Below, piece after piece: positions 9,968 through 19,056 of a stretch of DNA of 64,000 nt (positions within the stretch are counted from its first letter, which is position 1; each line of letters begins with the position of its first letter). Source of the stretch: Sediminibacterium sp. (GTDB lineage Bacteria > Bacteroidota > Bacteroidia > Chitinophagales > Chitinophagaceae); NCBI GenBank assembly GCA_040403975.1, contig JBBAJS010000002.1:98703-162702 (forward strand), written 5' to 3'. A program made the position numbers and the translations under genes. Below the pieces are notes generated by a model. It was not told where the DNA came from. It saw nothing but the letters and a program-made list of their open reading frames with translations, and did not search any database.

Positions 9968-11836
9968 ATGCCTGTCTGTGCTTTGAATAATATGATTAAT
10001 GTGGGTTTATTCACAACGGGTAAACTGGAGCAGATTGAAGAGATCGCGGCTGAGTTTGAGTACATTAATATTAAAACAGCATTGAATTTTGGGTTCCTTA
10101 CCCGAAAAGAATATGTAGCTTTTTTAGAAAGAGCAGGCTTTCCTTTAATTGATGTAAGAAATCAGGAAATTGATGAAGTATTTGTTTCTCAATGTGATTT
10201 ATTACACCTCAATTCTTTTCTATACTTGCCTTTAAAGGAAGATAACAAAGGGGTATTAATTGTTGCTGCGGCAGATCCTTTGGATGAAAAATTGCTCGGT
10301 TTTTTGGAGATTAAATTCGATAAAAAAGTAAGCTTAGTTGCTGCTTCTGATCTGGATATTACCTGGATGATCAATAAACTTCGTGGGGAGTATTATGTGA
10401 AAGAAGCGGTGTTTAGCTTGATGCGCAAAGATCCGATGAGCTCTGGGATCATTACTTTTACTGATGCTCAGTTGATTTTCATTTTTGGTTTTATTGGTGT
10501 ATTTTTTCTTTTTCTTACACTCTATTTTGTAAACGCATTTATTTTCTTCAATTTATTTTTTAGTTGTTTCTTTTTGTTTGCCATTGTATTTAAACTCTAC
10601 ATAGCATTAAAGGGATCTAGGTATGAATTGCATCAGGCAGTTACCAAAGAAGAAGTTAGAGCTGTAGTAAATTCAACTTTACCTGTTTATACAATTTTAT
10701 TGCCTGTATATAAAGAAGATAAATTAATTCGTAAATTAATCTGGAACCTAAGAAGTTTAGATTATCCGAGAGGTAAACTCGACGTAAAATTATTGATCGA
10801 AGAAGACGACGATAAAACCTTGAATGCCGTAAGAAACCTCGATTTTCCTGCCAACTTCGAAACAATTGTTGTTCCTTATCACCTTCCTAAAACCAAACCT
10901 AAAGCATGTAACTATGGTTTGTTTTTTTGTAAAGGAAAGTACCTCACTATTTATGATGCAGAAGATGTTCCAGATTCTGATCAGTTGAAAAAAGTAGTTT
11001 GCTTATTTAGAAAATTACCCAAAGATTATATTGTTTTACAAGGAGCACTAAATTATTTCAATAAGAATGAAAACTTGCTTACACGTATGTTTACATTGGA
11101 ATATTCTTATTGGTTCGATTACATGTTGCCTGGTTTACAATCTTTAGATGTACCTATTCCATTAGGAGGAACTTCCAATCACTTTAAATTAGATAAGTTA
11201 TTGGAATTGGGTGGATGGGATCCTTTTAATGTAACAGAAGATGCCGATCTGGGGGTACGGGTATTCGAAAAAAGATACAAAGTGGGTGTTGTAAATAGTA
11301 CCACTTTTGAGGAAGCGAATAATGAACCATTTAATTGGATACGTCAACGTTCTCGTTGGATCAAAGGGTACATGCAAACCACATTAGTGCATATGCGAAA
11401 CCCTGCAAAACTGGTCCAAAAAATTGGTTGGAAAGGTTTTTTTGGATTTAACTTCTTCGTAGGATTAACGCCAATTACTTTTTTAATTTATCCTATTCTA
11501 CTTTCTTTTTTTATCATCTATTTGATCTTCGATTTAAAAGTCGCAAGGGTATTGTTTCCGGATTGGGTTTTGTATATTTCCATTTTTAATTTCGTCGCAG
11601 GGAATACACTAATGATTTACGTAAACATGTTGGCCGTGTTCAAGCGCAGGTATTACGAATTAATATTATTTGCATTGTTCAATCCATTGTATTGGTTGAT
11701 GCATTCAATCTCAGCATACAAAGGTTTGTGGCAGTTGGTATACAATCCTTTTTACTGGGAAAAAACGAACCATGGGTTAACTAAAATGTCTCATTCAGCG
11801 GCAGCTGCGTCTGCTGTAAACGCAAATGGAGCATAA
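9968..11836 (+). CDS. Processive family-2 glycosyltransferase (synthase type) with an N-terminal T2SSE_N/MshEN-like domain
   Basis: The N-terminal ~135 aa match the GspE/MshE N-domain pattern (LPLKEDNKGVLIVAAADPLDEKLL..VSLVAASDLDI). Two TM helices follow, then a GT2 core with DAED (10955-10966), TED (11234-11242) and QRSRW (11345-11359), then about four C-terminal TM helices. I see no PilZ signature. Confidence 0.8.
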   Translation: MPVCALNNMINVGLFTTGKLEQIEEIAAEFEYINIKTALNFGFLTRKEYVAFLERAGFPLIDVRNQEIDEVFVSQCDLLHLNSFLYLPLKEDNKGVLIVAAADPLDEKLLGFLEIKFDKKVSLVAASDLDITWMINKLRGEYYVKEAVFSLMRKDPMSSGIITFTDAQLIFIFGFIGVFFLFLTLYFVNAFIFFNLFFSCFFLFAIVFKLYIALKGSRYELHQAVTKEEVRAVVNSTLPVYTILLPVYKEDKLIRKLIWNLRSLDYPRGKLDVKLLIEEDDDKTLNAVRNLDFPANFETIVVPYHLPKTKPKACNYGLFFCKGKYLTIYDAEDVPDSDQLKKVVCLFRKLPKDYIVLQGALNYFNKNENLLTRMFTLEYSYWFDYMLPGLQSLDVPIPLGGTSNHFKLDKLLELGGWDPFNVTEDADLGVRVFEKRYKVGVVNSTTFEEANNEPFNWIRQRSRWIKGYMQTTLVHMRNPAKLVQKIGWKGFFGFNFFVGLTPITFLIYPILLSFFIIYLIFDLKVARVLFPDWVLYISIFNFVAGNTLMIYVNMLAVFKRRYYELILFALFNPLYWLMHSISAYKGLWQLVYNPFYWEKTNHGLTKMSHSAAAASAVNANGA

Positions 11837-13404
11837 TGATAAAGGAAGGTAATAGAATACAATTATTGACACTGCTGCTGGTGTTTTATTATGTAATTCT
11901 ATCTTGGATTTTACATAGAAATGGATTTGAACATACCGAAAGCCTTTTTTATTCTGAGAAACTTAAAATTCTTTTTGAATTTAAAGAGAACACACTCTTA
12001 ACCATCGGTACAACTTTTCCATCATCTGTTTTTATAGCTTCAATTATCCTATCACCTTTTGGATATGTATTTGCGCCAATTGCTGCTTCCATCATTTTTG
12101 TGGCGATTCTTTTTTATTTTGTTGTTTTTGATATCAGTGAATCAAAGCTCGCTTTCAAACCAGTATTGATATCAATCATTTTGTTATTTGTTTTGCACCC
12201 TCAGTTTGTTTATGCAGCAATTAGTGGAAGAAATATTGCTGCCATCATGTTGTTTTTGTACATGCTTTTCAGGAGTTTATTTCTATATTATAGAACTCAA
12301 ACAACTTATTATTTATCCCTGGCGAGCATTTTCTTGACGATATTGGTTTTTACAGAGATTAATTTTATTTGGATGATTCTCTCTTTCTTTCCATTTATTG
12401 CTTTGGTTTCTGTTGATGGAATTAAAGTGTCCAAAGATGATCCCCCTATTTTTCAATATTATCAAGCTTTGAATATTAGATCATTGCGCAGAAAATTAGC
12501 CAATAGAACCGTATCATTATACCTCATCTTATTTCTACTTCCATTGGCTGCATACTATTTGTTCAGGTTATTGAATGAAGCACATGCAGGAAATGCTACT
12601 TATTTTTTATCCAGTCAATATGCCAACTGGCGTGTTACCGGTACATCTCCCTTGAATACCATTCTGGAATTAACCAAAGGAAAGAATGTAGCCAAACAAA
12701 CCCAACTCATTTTTCAGGTATTTACAATAGTATTGGCACCAACCTTTATTCTTTCATTGGTATTATTCAAAGGTAAATTATACGAACTCTTTACTTTGTT
12801 GGTACCCATATTCTTTTTTTCGATCATTTTGATCAATGCTAAGTATTATTTTACTACAGAGTATTATATGGTAATGCAGATTATTGGAATTGCAGGTTTA
12901 TTGTTTTTTGGGTATAATAAATATGGACAAAAAATAACTACAGGCTTAATTATTGGGGCTAGCTGTATAAGTATTATTGGGGGTATTTATTATTTTTCTG
13001 AAAGCAATGATTATGAAGAACATGATTTGTACATGATGTTCAATTCCGATAAAAAATGGTTCGGACCAAAACAAGATACTGAATTACAACAAATGGCGGA
13101 ATATGTTGCTTCGGTAGCGTCTCCTGAAACACCTTTATTAATTGATGATGCTGCTGCTTATGGAATCATGGCGCATTTGCCATCATTGCAAGGATTAATA
13201 TTGCCATTGCAAAAAAGTTTTGTAACAGTAATTGAAAACCCTGCCTTAGTTGCTTCCTATATGTGTATAGCAAAGCGTAATAATCGCTTGCATAACACTA
13301 CAGTGCTAAATGCGTATAATATCCTTGAAATGAAAGAAAGACTTGGACTCAAACCTATTAGGGTCTTCGAAACAGAAAATTGGATCGTTTATAGTATTCG
13401 TTAA
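11836..13404 (+). CDS. Polytopic membrane protein of unknown function (GT-C/ArnT-like architecture) with a C-terminal soluble domain
   Basis: 522 aa with at least 10 hydrophobic spans followed by a ~140-aa soluble tail. Its start codon overlaps the synthase stop (TAATG). Confidence 0.6.
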   Translation: MIKEGNRIQLLTLLLVFYYVILSWILHRNGFEHTESLFYSEKLKILFEFKENTLLTIGTTFPSSVFIASIILSPFGYVFAPIAASIIFVAILFYFVVFDISESKLAFKPVLISIILLFVLHPQFVYAAISGRNIAAIMLFLYMLFRSLFLYYRTQTTYYLSLASIFLTILVFTEINFIWMILSFFPFIALVSVDGIKVSKDDPPIFQYYQALNIRSLRRKLANRTVSLYLILFLLPLAAYYLFRLLNEAHAGNATYFLSSQYANWRVTGTSPLNTILELTKGKNVAKQTQLIFQVFTIVLAPTFILSLVLFKGKLYELFTLLVPIFFFSIILINAKYYFTTEYYMVMQIIGIAGLLFFGYNKYGQKITTGLIIGASCISIIGGIYYFSESNDYEEHDLYMMFNSDKKWFGPKQDTELQQMAEYVASVASPETPLLIDDAAAYGIMAHLPSLQGLILPLQKSFVTVIENPALVASYMCIAKRNNRLHNTTVLNAYNILEMKERLGLKPIRVFETENWIVYSIR

Positions 13405-15776
13405 TTTCTTATTGGTCTTCCAGTTTTTAATACACTTTGAATTCTTTCCAGTGTTTTCTTTTCTCCACATAAGCTAAGGAATGCTTCTCTTTCTAAATCG
13501 AGCAAATATTGTTCGCTTACCAGAGTTTGTTCACTCAAATCTCCACCGCATAAAACAAATGCCAATTTGCGGGCAATCAGCGCATCATGATCAGTAGCAT
13601 ATCCACCACGCCACATTCCGTTAATGCCGGCAAGCATAGCTCCTAAACCCGATCTTCCAAGTACCTTAATATCTGTTCTTGGAGTTGGTGTATTATAGCC
13701 CTGCTCATATAATTCCAACACCGACTTTTTTGCTTCGGCAATTCTTCTTCCCTGATTCATGATAATTTCATCAGTGCCATGTCTTAATACGCCCATTTCA
13801 AAAGCTTCCTGAGCAGAAGTTGCCACTTTAGCTGTTGCAATAGAAAAGAAACGCTTCTTCAATGTATTGGTTTCTGGTTCGTCCTCATGTAATTCATCTG
13901 AAGCACGTAATGCGAATTCTTTTGTTCCGCCACCTCCTGGAATCAAACCAACACCCAACTCAACCAACCCAATATATGTTTCTGCTGCAGCACAAACTTT
14001 ATCTGCATGCATATTCATTTCGCAACCACCACCTAATGTTAAACCATGTGGTGCAGTTACAACCGGAATGGAAGAATATCTCAAACGCATCATGCTATTT
14101 TGAAACATACGGATGGCCATATCCAGTTCATCGTATTCTTGCTCTATGGCTAACATGAAAATCATTCCTACATTGGCGCCTGCACTAAAATTGGCTCCTT
14201 CGTTCGCTATTACTAATCCTTTGTAATCTTTTTCAGCAAGCGTAATTGCTTTATTCAATCCTTCTAAAACTTCACCACCAATACTATTCATTTTGGTGCT
14301 CCATTCAAATCCAGCAACACCATCACCAATATCATACATTTTGCATGCACTGTTTTTCCAGATGGTTTTATCGGAATGATTTTTTAACACCAAGAAAGAT
14401 TCGCCACCAGGAATAATTGTATAATTTTTGGAACGAAGATCATAATACATTCTTTTGCCATTTTCTACTTTATAGAAACTGGTAAATCCAGCAGCAATCA
14501 TTTCTTCAATCCATGGTGCAACTGCAACTCCAGCTGCTTTCATGGCTTGAACTGTTTTAACTAATCCTACAGTATCCCAACTTTCAAATGCACCAATTTC
14601 CCAACCAAAGCCAGCCATCATTGCATCGTCCAAACGGTATATTTCATCACTAATTTCAGGAATTCTAAATGAGATATAAGAGAATAAAGAGAAATGAAAT
14701 GCTCTATAGAAATCCCCGGCTTTATCATTTGATGCACTCAATAATTTAATTCTTTGATGCAGATCTTCTATAGGTTTGGCAGCTTCTATACTAGCAAACT
14801 TTGGTTTGATCCTTGCACCATATTCCATGGTACTTAAATTCAAAGTCAGTATTTCTTTACCTGCAGCTGATTTGGTTTTTTTAAAAAATCCTTGTCCTGT
14901 TTTATCTCCCAGCCAATTATTGGCTATTAACTTTTCTAACCATTCAGGAATAGTAAATATTGATTTGGCTTCATCGTTCGGGCAATTATCTGCAACTCCT
15001 TTGGCAACTTTAACCAAAGTATCAATACCAACAACATCAGCTGTTCTAAATGTAGCAGACTTTGGCCTTCCAATGATTGGTCCAGTTAAAGCATCAATTT
15101 CATCAATAGATAAATTATGCTGATCCATGATATGAAAAATACTCATGATGCTGTATACCCCAATTCTATTGGCAATAAAAGCAGGAGTGTCTTTGCACAG
15201 AACCGTTGTTTTTCCTAAATGTAAATCTCCATAATGCATCAAAAAATCAACTACTTCCTGATCAGTATCAGGAGTAGGAATAATTTCTAATAAACGCAAA
15301 TACCTCGGAGGATTAAAAAAATGGGTTCCACAAAAATGTTTTTTAAAATCAGACGATCTTCCTTCAGCCATCAGGTGAATAGGAATTCCTGAAGTATTAG
15401 AAGTAATTAAAGTTCCAGGGGTTCTAAATTGTTCTACCTTATCGTAAATTATTTTTTTGATATCCAATCTTTCAACAACCACTTCAATAATCCAGTCGCA
15501 GCTGGCGATCTCCTTCATATTATCATCGAAGTTGCCGGTTTTAATATGGTTGATTACAGATTTTGTATAAACAGGCGAGGGGTTGCTTTTTATAGCAGCT
15601 TGCAATGCATCGTTAACCAACTTATTTCTTTCAGCAGGTTTTTTACTTTCGGTTGCAGCGGCCGGAACCATATCCAGCAATAATACAGGCAATCCAATTC
15701 CTGCAAAATGGCAGGCAATTCTTGAACCCATAACACCACTTCCTAAAACCGCTACTTTTTTGATAGAACGTTTCAT
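13401..15776 (-). CDS. Fused 3-hydroxyacyl-CoA dehydrogenase / enoyl-CoA hydratase (FadN-type domain order)
   Basis: N-terminal NAD fold VAVLGSGVMGSRIA and a C-terminal crotonase region (GANFSAGAN...GGGCEM). Length is 791 aa. Confidence 0.9.
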   Translation of the reverse strand: MKRSIKKVAVLGSGVMGSRIACHFAGIGLPVLLLDMVPAAATESKKPAERNKLVNDALQAAIKSNPSPVYTKSVINHIKTGNFDDNMKEIASCDWIIEVVVERLDIKKIIYDKVEQFRTPGTLITSNTSGIPIHLMAEGRSSDFKKHFCGTHFFNPPRYLRLLEIIPTPDTDQEVVDFLMHYGDLHLGKTTVLCKDTPAFIANRIGVYSIMSIFHIMDQHNLSIDEIDALTGPIIGRPKSATFRTADVVGIDTLVKVAKGVADNCPNDEAKSIFTIPEWLEKLIANNWLGDKTGQGFFKKTKSAAGKEILTLNLSTMEYGARIKPKFASIEAAKPIEDLHQRIKLLSASNDKAGDFYRAFHFSLFSYISFRIPEISDEIYRLDDAMMAGFGWEIGAFESWDTVGLVKTVQAMKAAGVAVAPWIEEMIAAGFTSFYKVENGKRMYYDLRSKNYTIIPGGESFLVLKNHSDKTIWKNSACKMYDIGDGVAGFEWSTKMNSIGGEVLEGLNKAITLAEKDYKGLVIANEGANFSAGANVGMIFMLAIEQEYDELDMAIRMFQNSMMRLRYSSIPVVTAPHGLTLGGGCEMNMHADKVCAAAETYIGLVELGVGLIPGGGGTKEFALRASDELHEDEPETNTLKKRFFSIATAKVATSAQEAFEMGVLRHGTDEIIMNQGRRIAEAKKSVLELYEQGYNTPTPRTDIKVLGRSGLGAMLAGINGMWRGGYATDHDALIARKLAFVLCGGDLSEQTLVSEQYLLDLEREAFLSLCGEKKTLERIQSVLKTGRPIRN

Positions 15777-15850
15777 TAGATTTTTTTTATTGGTAGAAAT
15801 AGTTAGTTATGCAACTATTTTGTTCGAAGATAGGATAATCGGATAAAAAA

Positions 15851-15882
15851 ATATCAAACTTTTACTATGAAAAGTTTGATAT
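15851..15882 (-). terminator. Intrinsic terminator oriented for the minus strand
   Basis: Perfect 13-bp stem atatcaaactttt / aaaagtttgatat with a 6-nt loop. On the minus strand it is followed by TTTTTT (complement of 15845-15850). Confidence 0.7.
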
Positions 15883-15906
15883 TAATAATGGGTTGGGGGA
15901 TAGAGC

Positions 15907-15987
15907 TTATTCTTCCGAGACTGCAGCACCTCTGTAAGCGAGGTATAAGCAGACCAGATAAACAGCCAAAACAGCGTAAACTAACAT
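15907..15987 (-). CDS. Candidate 26-aa hydrophobic mini-protein (MLVYAVLAVYLVCLYLAYRGAAVSEE)
   Basis: ATG-to-TAA ORF that is absent from the supplied ORF track because of its size. It has one predicted TM span and a short acidic tail, and the terminator lies 24 nt downstream. I found no recognisable promoter. Confidence 0.3.
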   Translation of the reverse strand: MLVYAVLAVYLVCLYLAYRGAAVSEE

Positions 15988-16365
15988 AATCGGGGGATTT
16001 TGTATTTACAATTTATGATAAAAAATGAATTTCCTATGTTACTTGATTCTCACATCATGTTAATATCTGAAAGTGAAAACCAGATCTTACTTAGTTCATC
16101 CTATCTATAATCCTTAAGCCTATTGATTATGGGGTAATTATCCGTTAAATATTAAAACAATGAAAATTATTTTTTGTTGAAATCAAATTCCTTTTTTTCA
16201 CTGTTCTTTAACAATCAGTTAATATAGCTTAATGTATTCCTATTAAAGCAACCTTTTTTCAGCCATTTTTATTGTACAAATGACTAAATAACCGCTGCTT
16301 TTGAATAATTACCTTTTAAAATTTAGGTAACCAAGGTGATTTGCTTTGAGTTAAATTTGTTCATT

Positions 16366-16656
16366 ATGGAGATTACACCCAAATTGATCGATCATCTAGC
16401 CCATCTTTCCCGTTTGGAATTTGACCAGGATAGAAAAGAAAATATCAGAAATGATGTAGAACGTATGGTGGGCTTTATTGAGAAATTACAAGAACTAAAT
16501 ACCGATGGTGTAGAACCTCTGTTATTTATGAGTGATGCTCAAAATATATGGAGAACCGATGAGATAGAAGGATCCGTAAGCAGATCGGATGCATTGAGTA
16601 ATTCACCTATTAAAGATGAATTTTTTTTTAAAGTACCAACAGTGATCAAAAAATAA
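16366..16656 (+). CDS. gatC: Asp-tRNA(Asn)/Glu-tRNA(Gln) amidotransferase subunit C
   Basis: [19 protein letters not shown]...EPLLFMS is typical GatC at about 96 aa. I chose the ATG at 16366 over the GTG at 16336. Confidence 0.85.
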   Translation: MEITPKLIDHLAHLSRLEFDQDRKENIRNDVERMVGFIEKLQELNTDGVEPLLFMSDAQNIWRTDEIEGSVSRSDALSNSPIKDEFFFKVPTVIKK

Positions 16657-16667
16657 AACTACAAAGT

Positions 16668-17381
16668 ATGGGATTGATTGAGTCAGTAATTCATTTAGAA
16701 TCGATAGAGAAGAGTTATTTTATGGGATCACAAGCAATCCCTGTATTGAAAGGTATTTCATTGGATATTTTCAGGAATGAATACGTTGCATTAATGGGAC
16801 CTTCAGGAAGTGGAAAGAGTACGCTGATGAATATTCTAGGTTGTCTTGATTCTCCAACAGGAGGTAAGTATATATTAAATGGCAAAGATGTAAGTAAAAT
16901 GCCAGATGATGATTTAGCAGAAGTAAGAAATACAGAAATTGGATTCGTATTTCAGCAATTTAACTTATTACCCAGACTATCTGCAGCGGAGAATGTGGCC
17001 TTGCCCTTGATTTATGCTGGGGTATCGAAAAAGGAAAGAATTGAAAGGTCGATGGAGGCTCTGAAAAAAGTCGGATTAGCAGATCGAAGCCATCATAAAT
17101 CGAATGAATTGAGTGGTGGACAAATTCAAAGGGTGGCCATTGCTCGTGCATTAGTGAATAATCCTTCTATTTTACTGGCTGATGAACCAACCGGGAACCT
17201 GGATTCCAAAACATCCGTTGAAGTAATGCAGATTTTTGGTAAAATTCAAGAAGCAGGAAACACAGTGATTCTAGTAACCCACGAAGAAGATATTGCTTCT
17301 TATGCACATAGAATAGTTCGTTTGCGTGATGGTCTTATCGAATCAGATAAAACCAAAGAACAATATATTCACACAGTTTAG
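16668..17381 (+). CDS. ABC transporter ATP-binding protein (MacB/LolD-type ATPase)
   Basis: Walker [10 protein letters not shown], signature [15 protein letters not shown] and Walker [12 protein letters not shown]. Confidence 0.9.
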   Translation: MGLIESVIHLESIEKSYFMGSQAIPVLKGISLDIFRNEYVALMGPSGSGKSTLMNILGCLDSPTGGKYILNGKDVSKMPDDDLAEVRNTEIGFVFQQFNLLPRLSAAENVALPLIYAGVSKKERIERSMEALKKVGLADRSHHKSNELSGGQIQRVAIARALVNNPSILLADEPTGNLDSKTSVEVMQIFGKIQEAGNTVILVTHEEDIASYAHRIVRLRDGLIESDKTKEQYIHTV

Positions 17382-17432
17382 TGCTGTATTGAACAAATCT
17401 ATTTTAGATTTGTATTCACATAAAGCAACTAG

Positions 17433-17993
17433 ATGTCGTTAAAAATATATACCAAAACTGGAGATTTAGGCAAAACTTCATTGATTGGAGGAACCAAAGT
17501 ACCTAAGAGTCATATTCGAATTGATACCTACGGCACAGTAGATGAATTGAATTCCTGGATAGGGGTTATTGGTGATTATGCTACAGAAGCGCATTCCAAA
17601 TTGATTCTCAAAGAAATTCAAGATCGATTATTTACTGTTGGATCATCTTTGGCTTGTGACCCAGACAAAGAGCCCCTGATGAAAATTCCGGATTTAAAAG
17701 AAACGGACATCAATTTATTGGAAAGAGAGATCGATCATATGAACGATGTTTTAGCTCCAATGAAATTTTTTGTATTGCCTGGAGGACATCTGGCAGTTTC
17801 TCAAACACATATAGCACGTTGTGTATGCAGAAGGGCGGAGCGTTGTTGTGTGAATATGCAAGAGCAGGATCTATTTGTAGAACCTTTGGTGATAAAATAC
17901 CTTAACCGATTGAGTGATTATTTGTTTGTATTATCCCGATATTTTAGCCATCAGTTATCGGTACCTGAAATTCCTTGGAAACCACGCGTGTAA
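17433..17993 (+). CDS. ATP:cob(I)alamin adenosyltransferase, PduO type
   Basis: KIYTKTGDLGKTSL...RIDTYGTVDELNS is the PduO/MMAB-family N-terminus. Length is 186 aa. Confidence 0.85.
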   Translation: MSLKIYTKTGDLGKTSLIGGTKVPKSHIRIDTYGTVDELNSWIGVIGDYATEAHSKLILKEIQDRLFTVGSSLACDPDKEPLMKIPDLKETDINLLEREIDHMNDVLAPMKFFVLPGGHLAVSQTHIARCVCRRAERCCVNMQEQDLFVEPLVIKYLNRLSDYLFVLSRYFSHQLSVPEIPWKPRV

Positions 17994-18003
17994 AGACATA
18001 TAG

Positions 18004-18660
18004 CTATTCAGGTACCATTAAGCCGTCCTTCATATGCAAGGTTCTGCCACTCAAAGCAGCTAACTCCAAATTATGTGTTACAATTAGAAATGATGTTCCC
18101 GTTTGTTGATTCAGTTCAACAAATACCTGATGCAATTCACGAGCGTTTTTGCTATCTAAATTTCCAGTAGGTTCATCTGCAAATACAATTTTAGGTTGAT
18201 TGATTAATGCTCTGGCAACAGCAACGCGTTGTTGCTCCCCACCCGACATTTGTTGAGGTTTATGATAGATTCTATCTTTTAACCCAAGGCTGGTGAGTAA
18301 TTGAATGGCCCTTTCTTTTACCATTGTTTTTTGGTTACCTGCAATCCATCCTGGGATGGAAACATTCTCCAGTGCATCAAATTCCGGCAATAAATGATGA
18401 AATTGAAAGATGAAGCCAATATTTTTATTTCTAAATGCGGCTAGTTTTTTAGCTGATAAAGACAGAATAGATTGGTTGTCGAGTTCAATTGTTCCAGAAT
18501 CGGGTTGGTCCAGACTACCTAAAATATGCAATAAAGTGCTTTTGCCAGCGCCTGAAGAGCCTACAATACTCACCATTTCCCCTGTCTTTACGGTCAAATC
18601 AACTCCTTTTAAAACGGCTAAATCGCCAAAACGGCGTGTTATTTTTTCTGCTTTGAGCAT
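18004..18660 (-). CDS. ABC transporter ATP-binding protein, LolD-like
   Basis: Walker A GSSGAGKST, signature MSGGEQQRVAVARAL and Walker [12 protein letters not shown]. Length is 218 aa. Confidence 0.85.
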   Translation of the reverse strand: MLKAEKITRRFGDLAVLKGVDLTVKTGEMVSIVGSSGAGKSTLLHILGSLDQPDSGTIELDNQSILSLSAKKLAAFRNKNIGFIFQFHHLLPEFDALENVSIPGWIAGNQKTMVKERAIQLLTSLGLKDRIYHKPQQMSGGEQQRVAVARALINQPKIVFADEPTGNLDSKNARELHQVFVELNQQTGTSFLIVTHNLELAALSGRTLHMKDGLMVPE

Positions 18661-18753
18661 TTATTTGCTAAGATTATACCCACAAACCTACAAAACCATG
18701 GTGCTAATTCAGTAATTTTTAAACATTTCTTTACAGAAGGTGATAAACTCCAA

Positions 18754-18784
18754 TTTGGTCATATCATTTATACGGTTACTTTTG
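18754..18784 (+). promoter_or_regulatory. Bacteroidota sigma-A type promoter for the DUF2795 gene
   Basis: TTTG at 18754-18757, a 19-nt spacer, then TActTTTG at 18777-18784. The ATG lies 19 nt downstream. Confidence 0.5.
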
Positions 18785-18802
18785 CAAAAATAATCGGAAA
18801 CT

Positions 18803-19024
18803 ATGTTTTGGACTTTAGAATTAGCAAGTTACTTAGAAGAAGCCCCTTGGCCTGCTACCAAGGATGAGTTAATCGATTATTCCATCAGAAGTGGAGCTCC
18901 TTTGGAAGTTGTAGAAAACTTACAAGAGTTAGACGATGAAGGAGAGGTCTATGAGAGTATCGAAGACATCTGGCCGGACTATCCAAGTCAGGAAGACTTC
19001 ATGTTCAATGAAGATGAATATTAA
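18803..19024 (+). CDS. DUF2795 domain protein (small and acidic)
   Basis: 73 aa. WPATKDELIDYSIRSGAPLEVVENLQEL matches the DUF2795 pattern. Confidence 0.7.
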   Translation: MFWTLELASYLEEAPWPATKDELIDYSIRSGAPLEVVENLQELDDEGEVYESIEDIWPDYPSQEDFMFNEDEY

Positions 19025-19056
19025 TTGATCGATTAAATTTTATTCGGGATAAGCAA

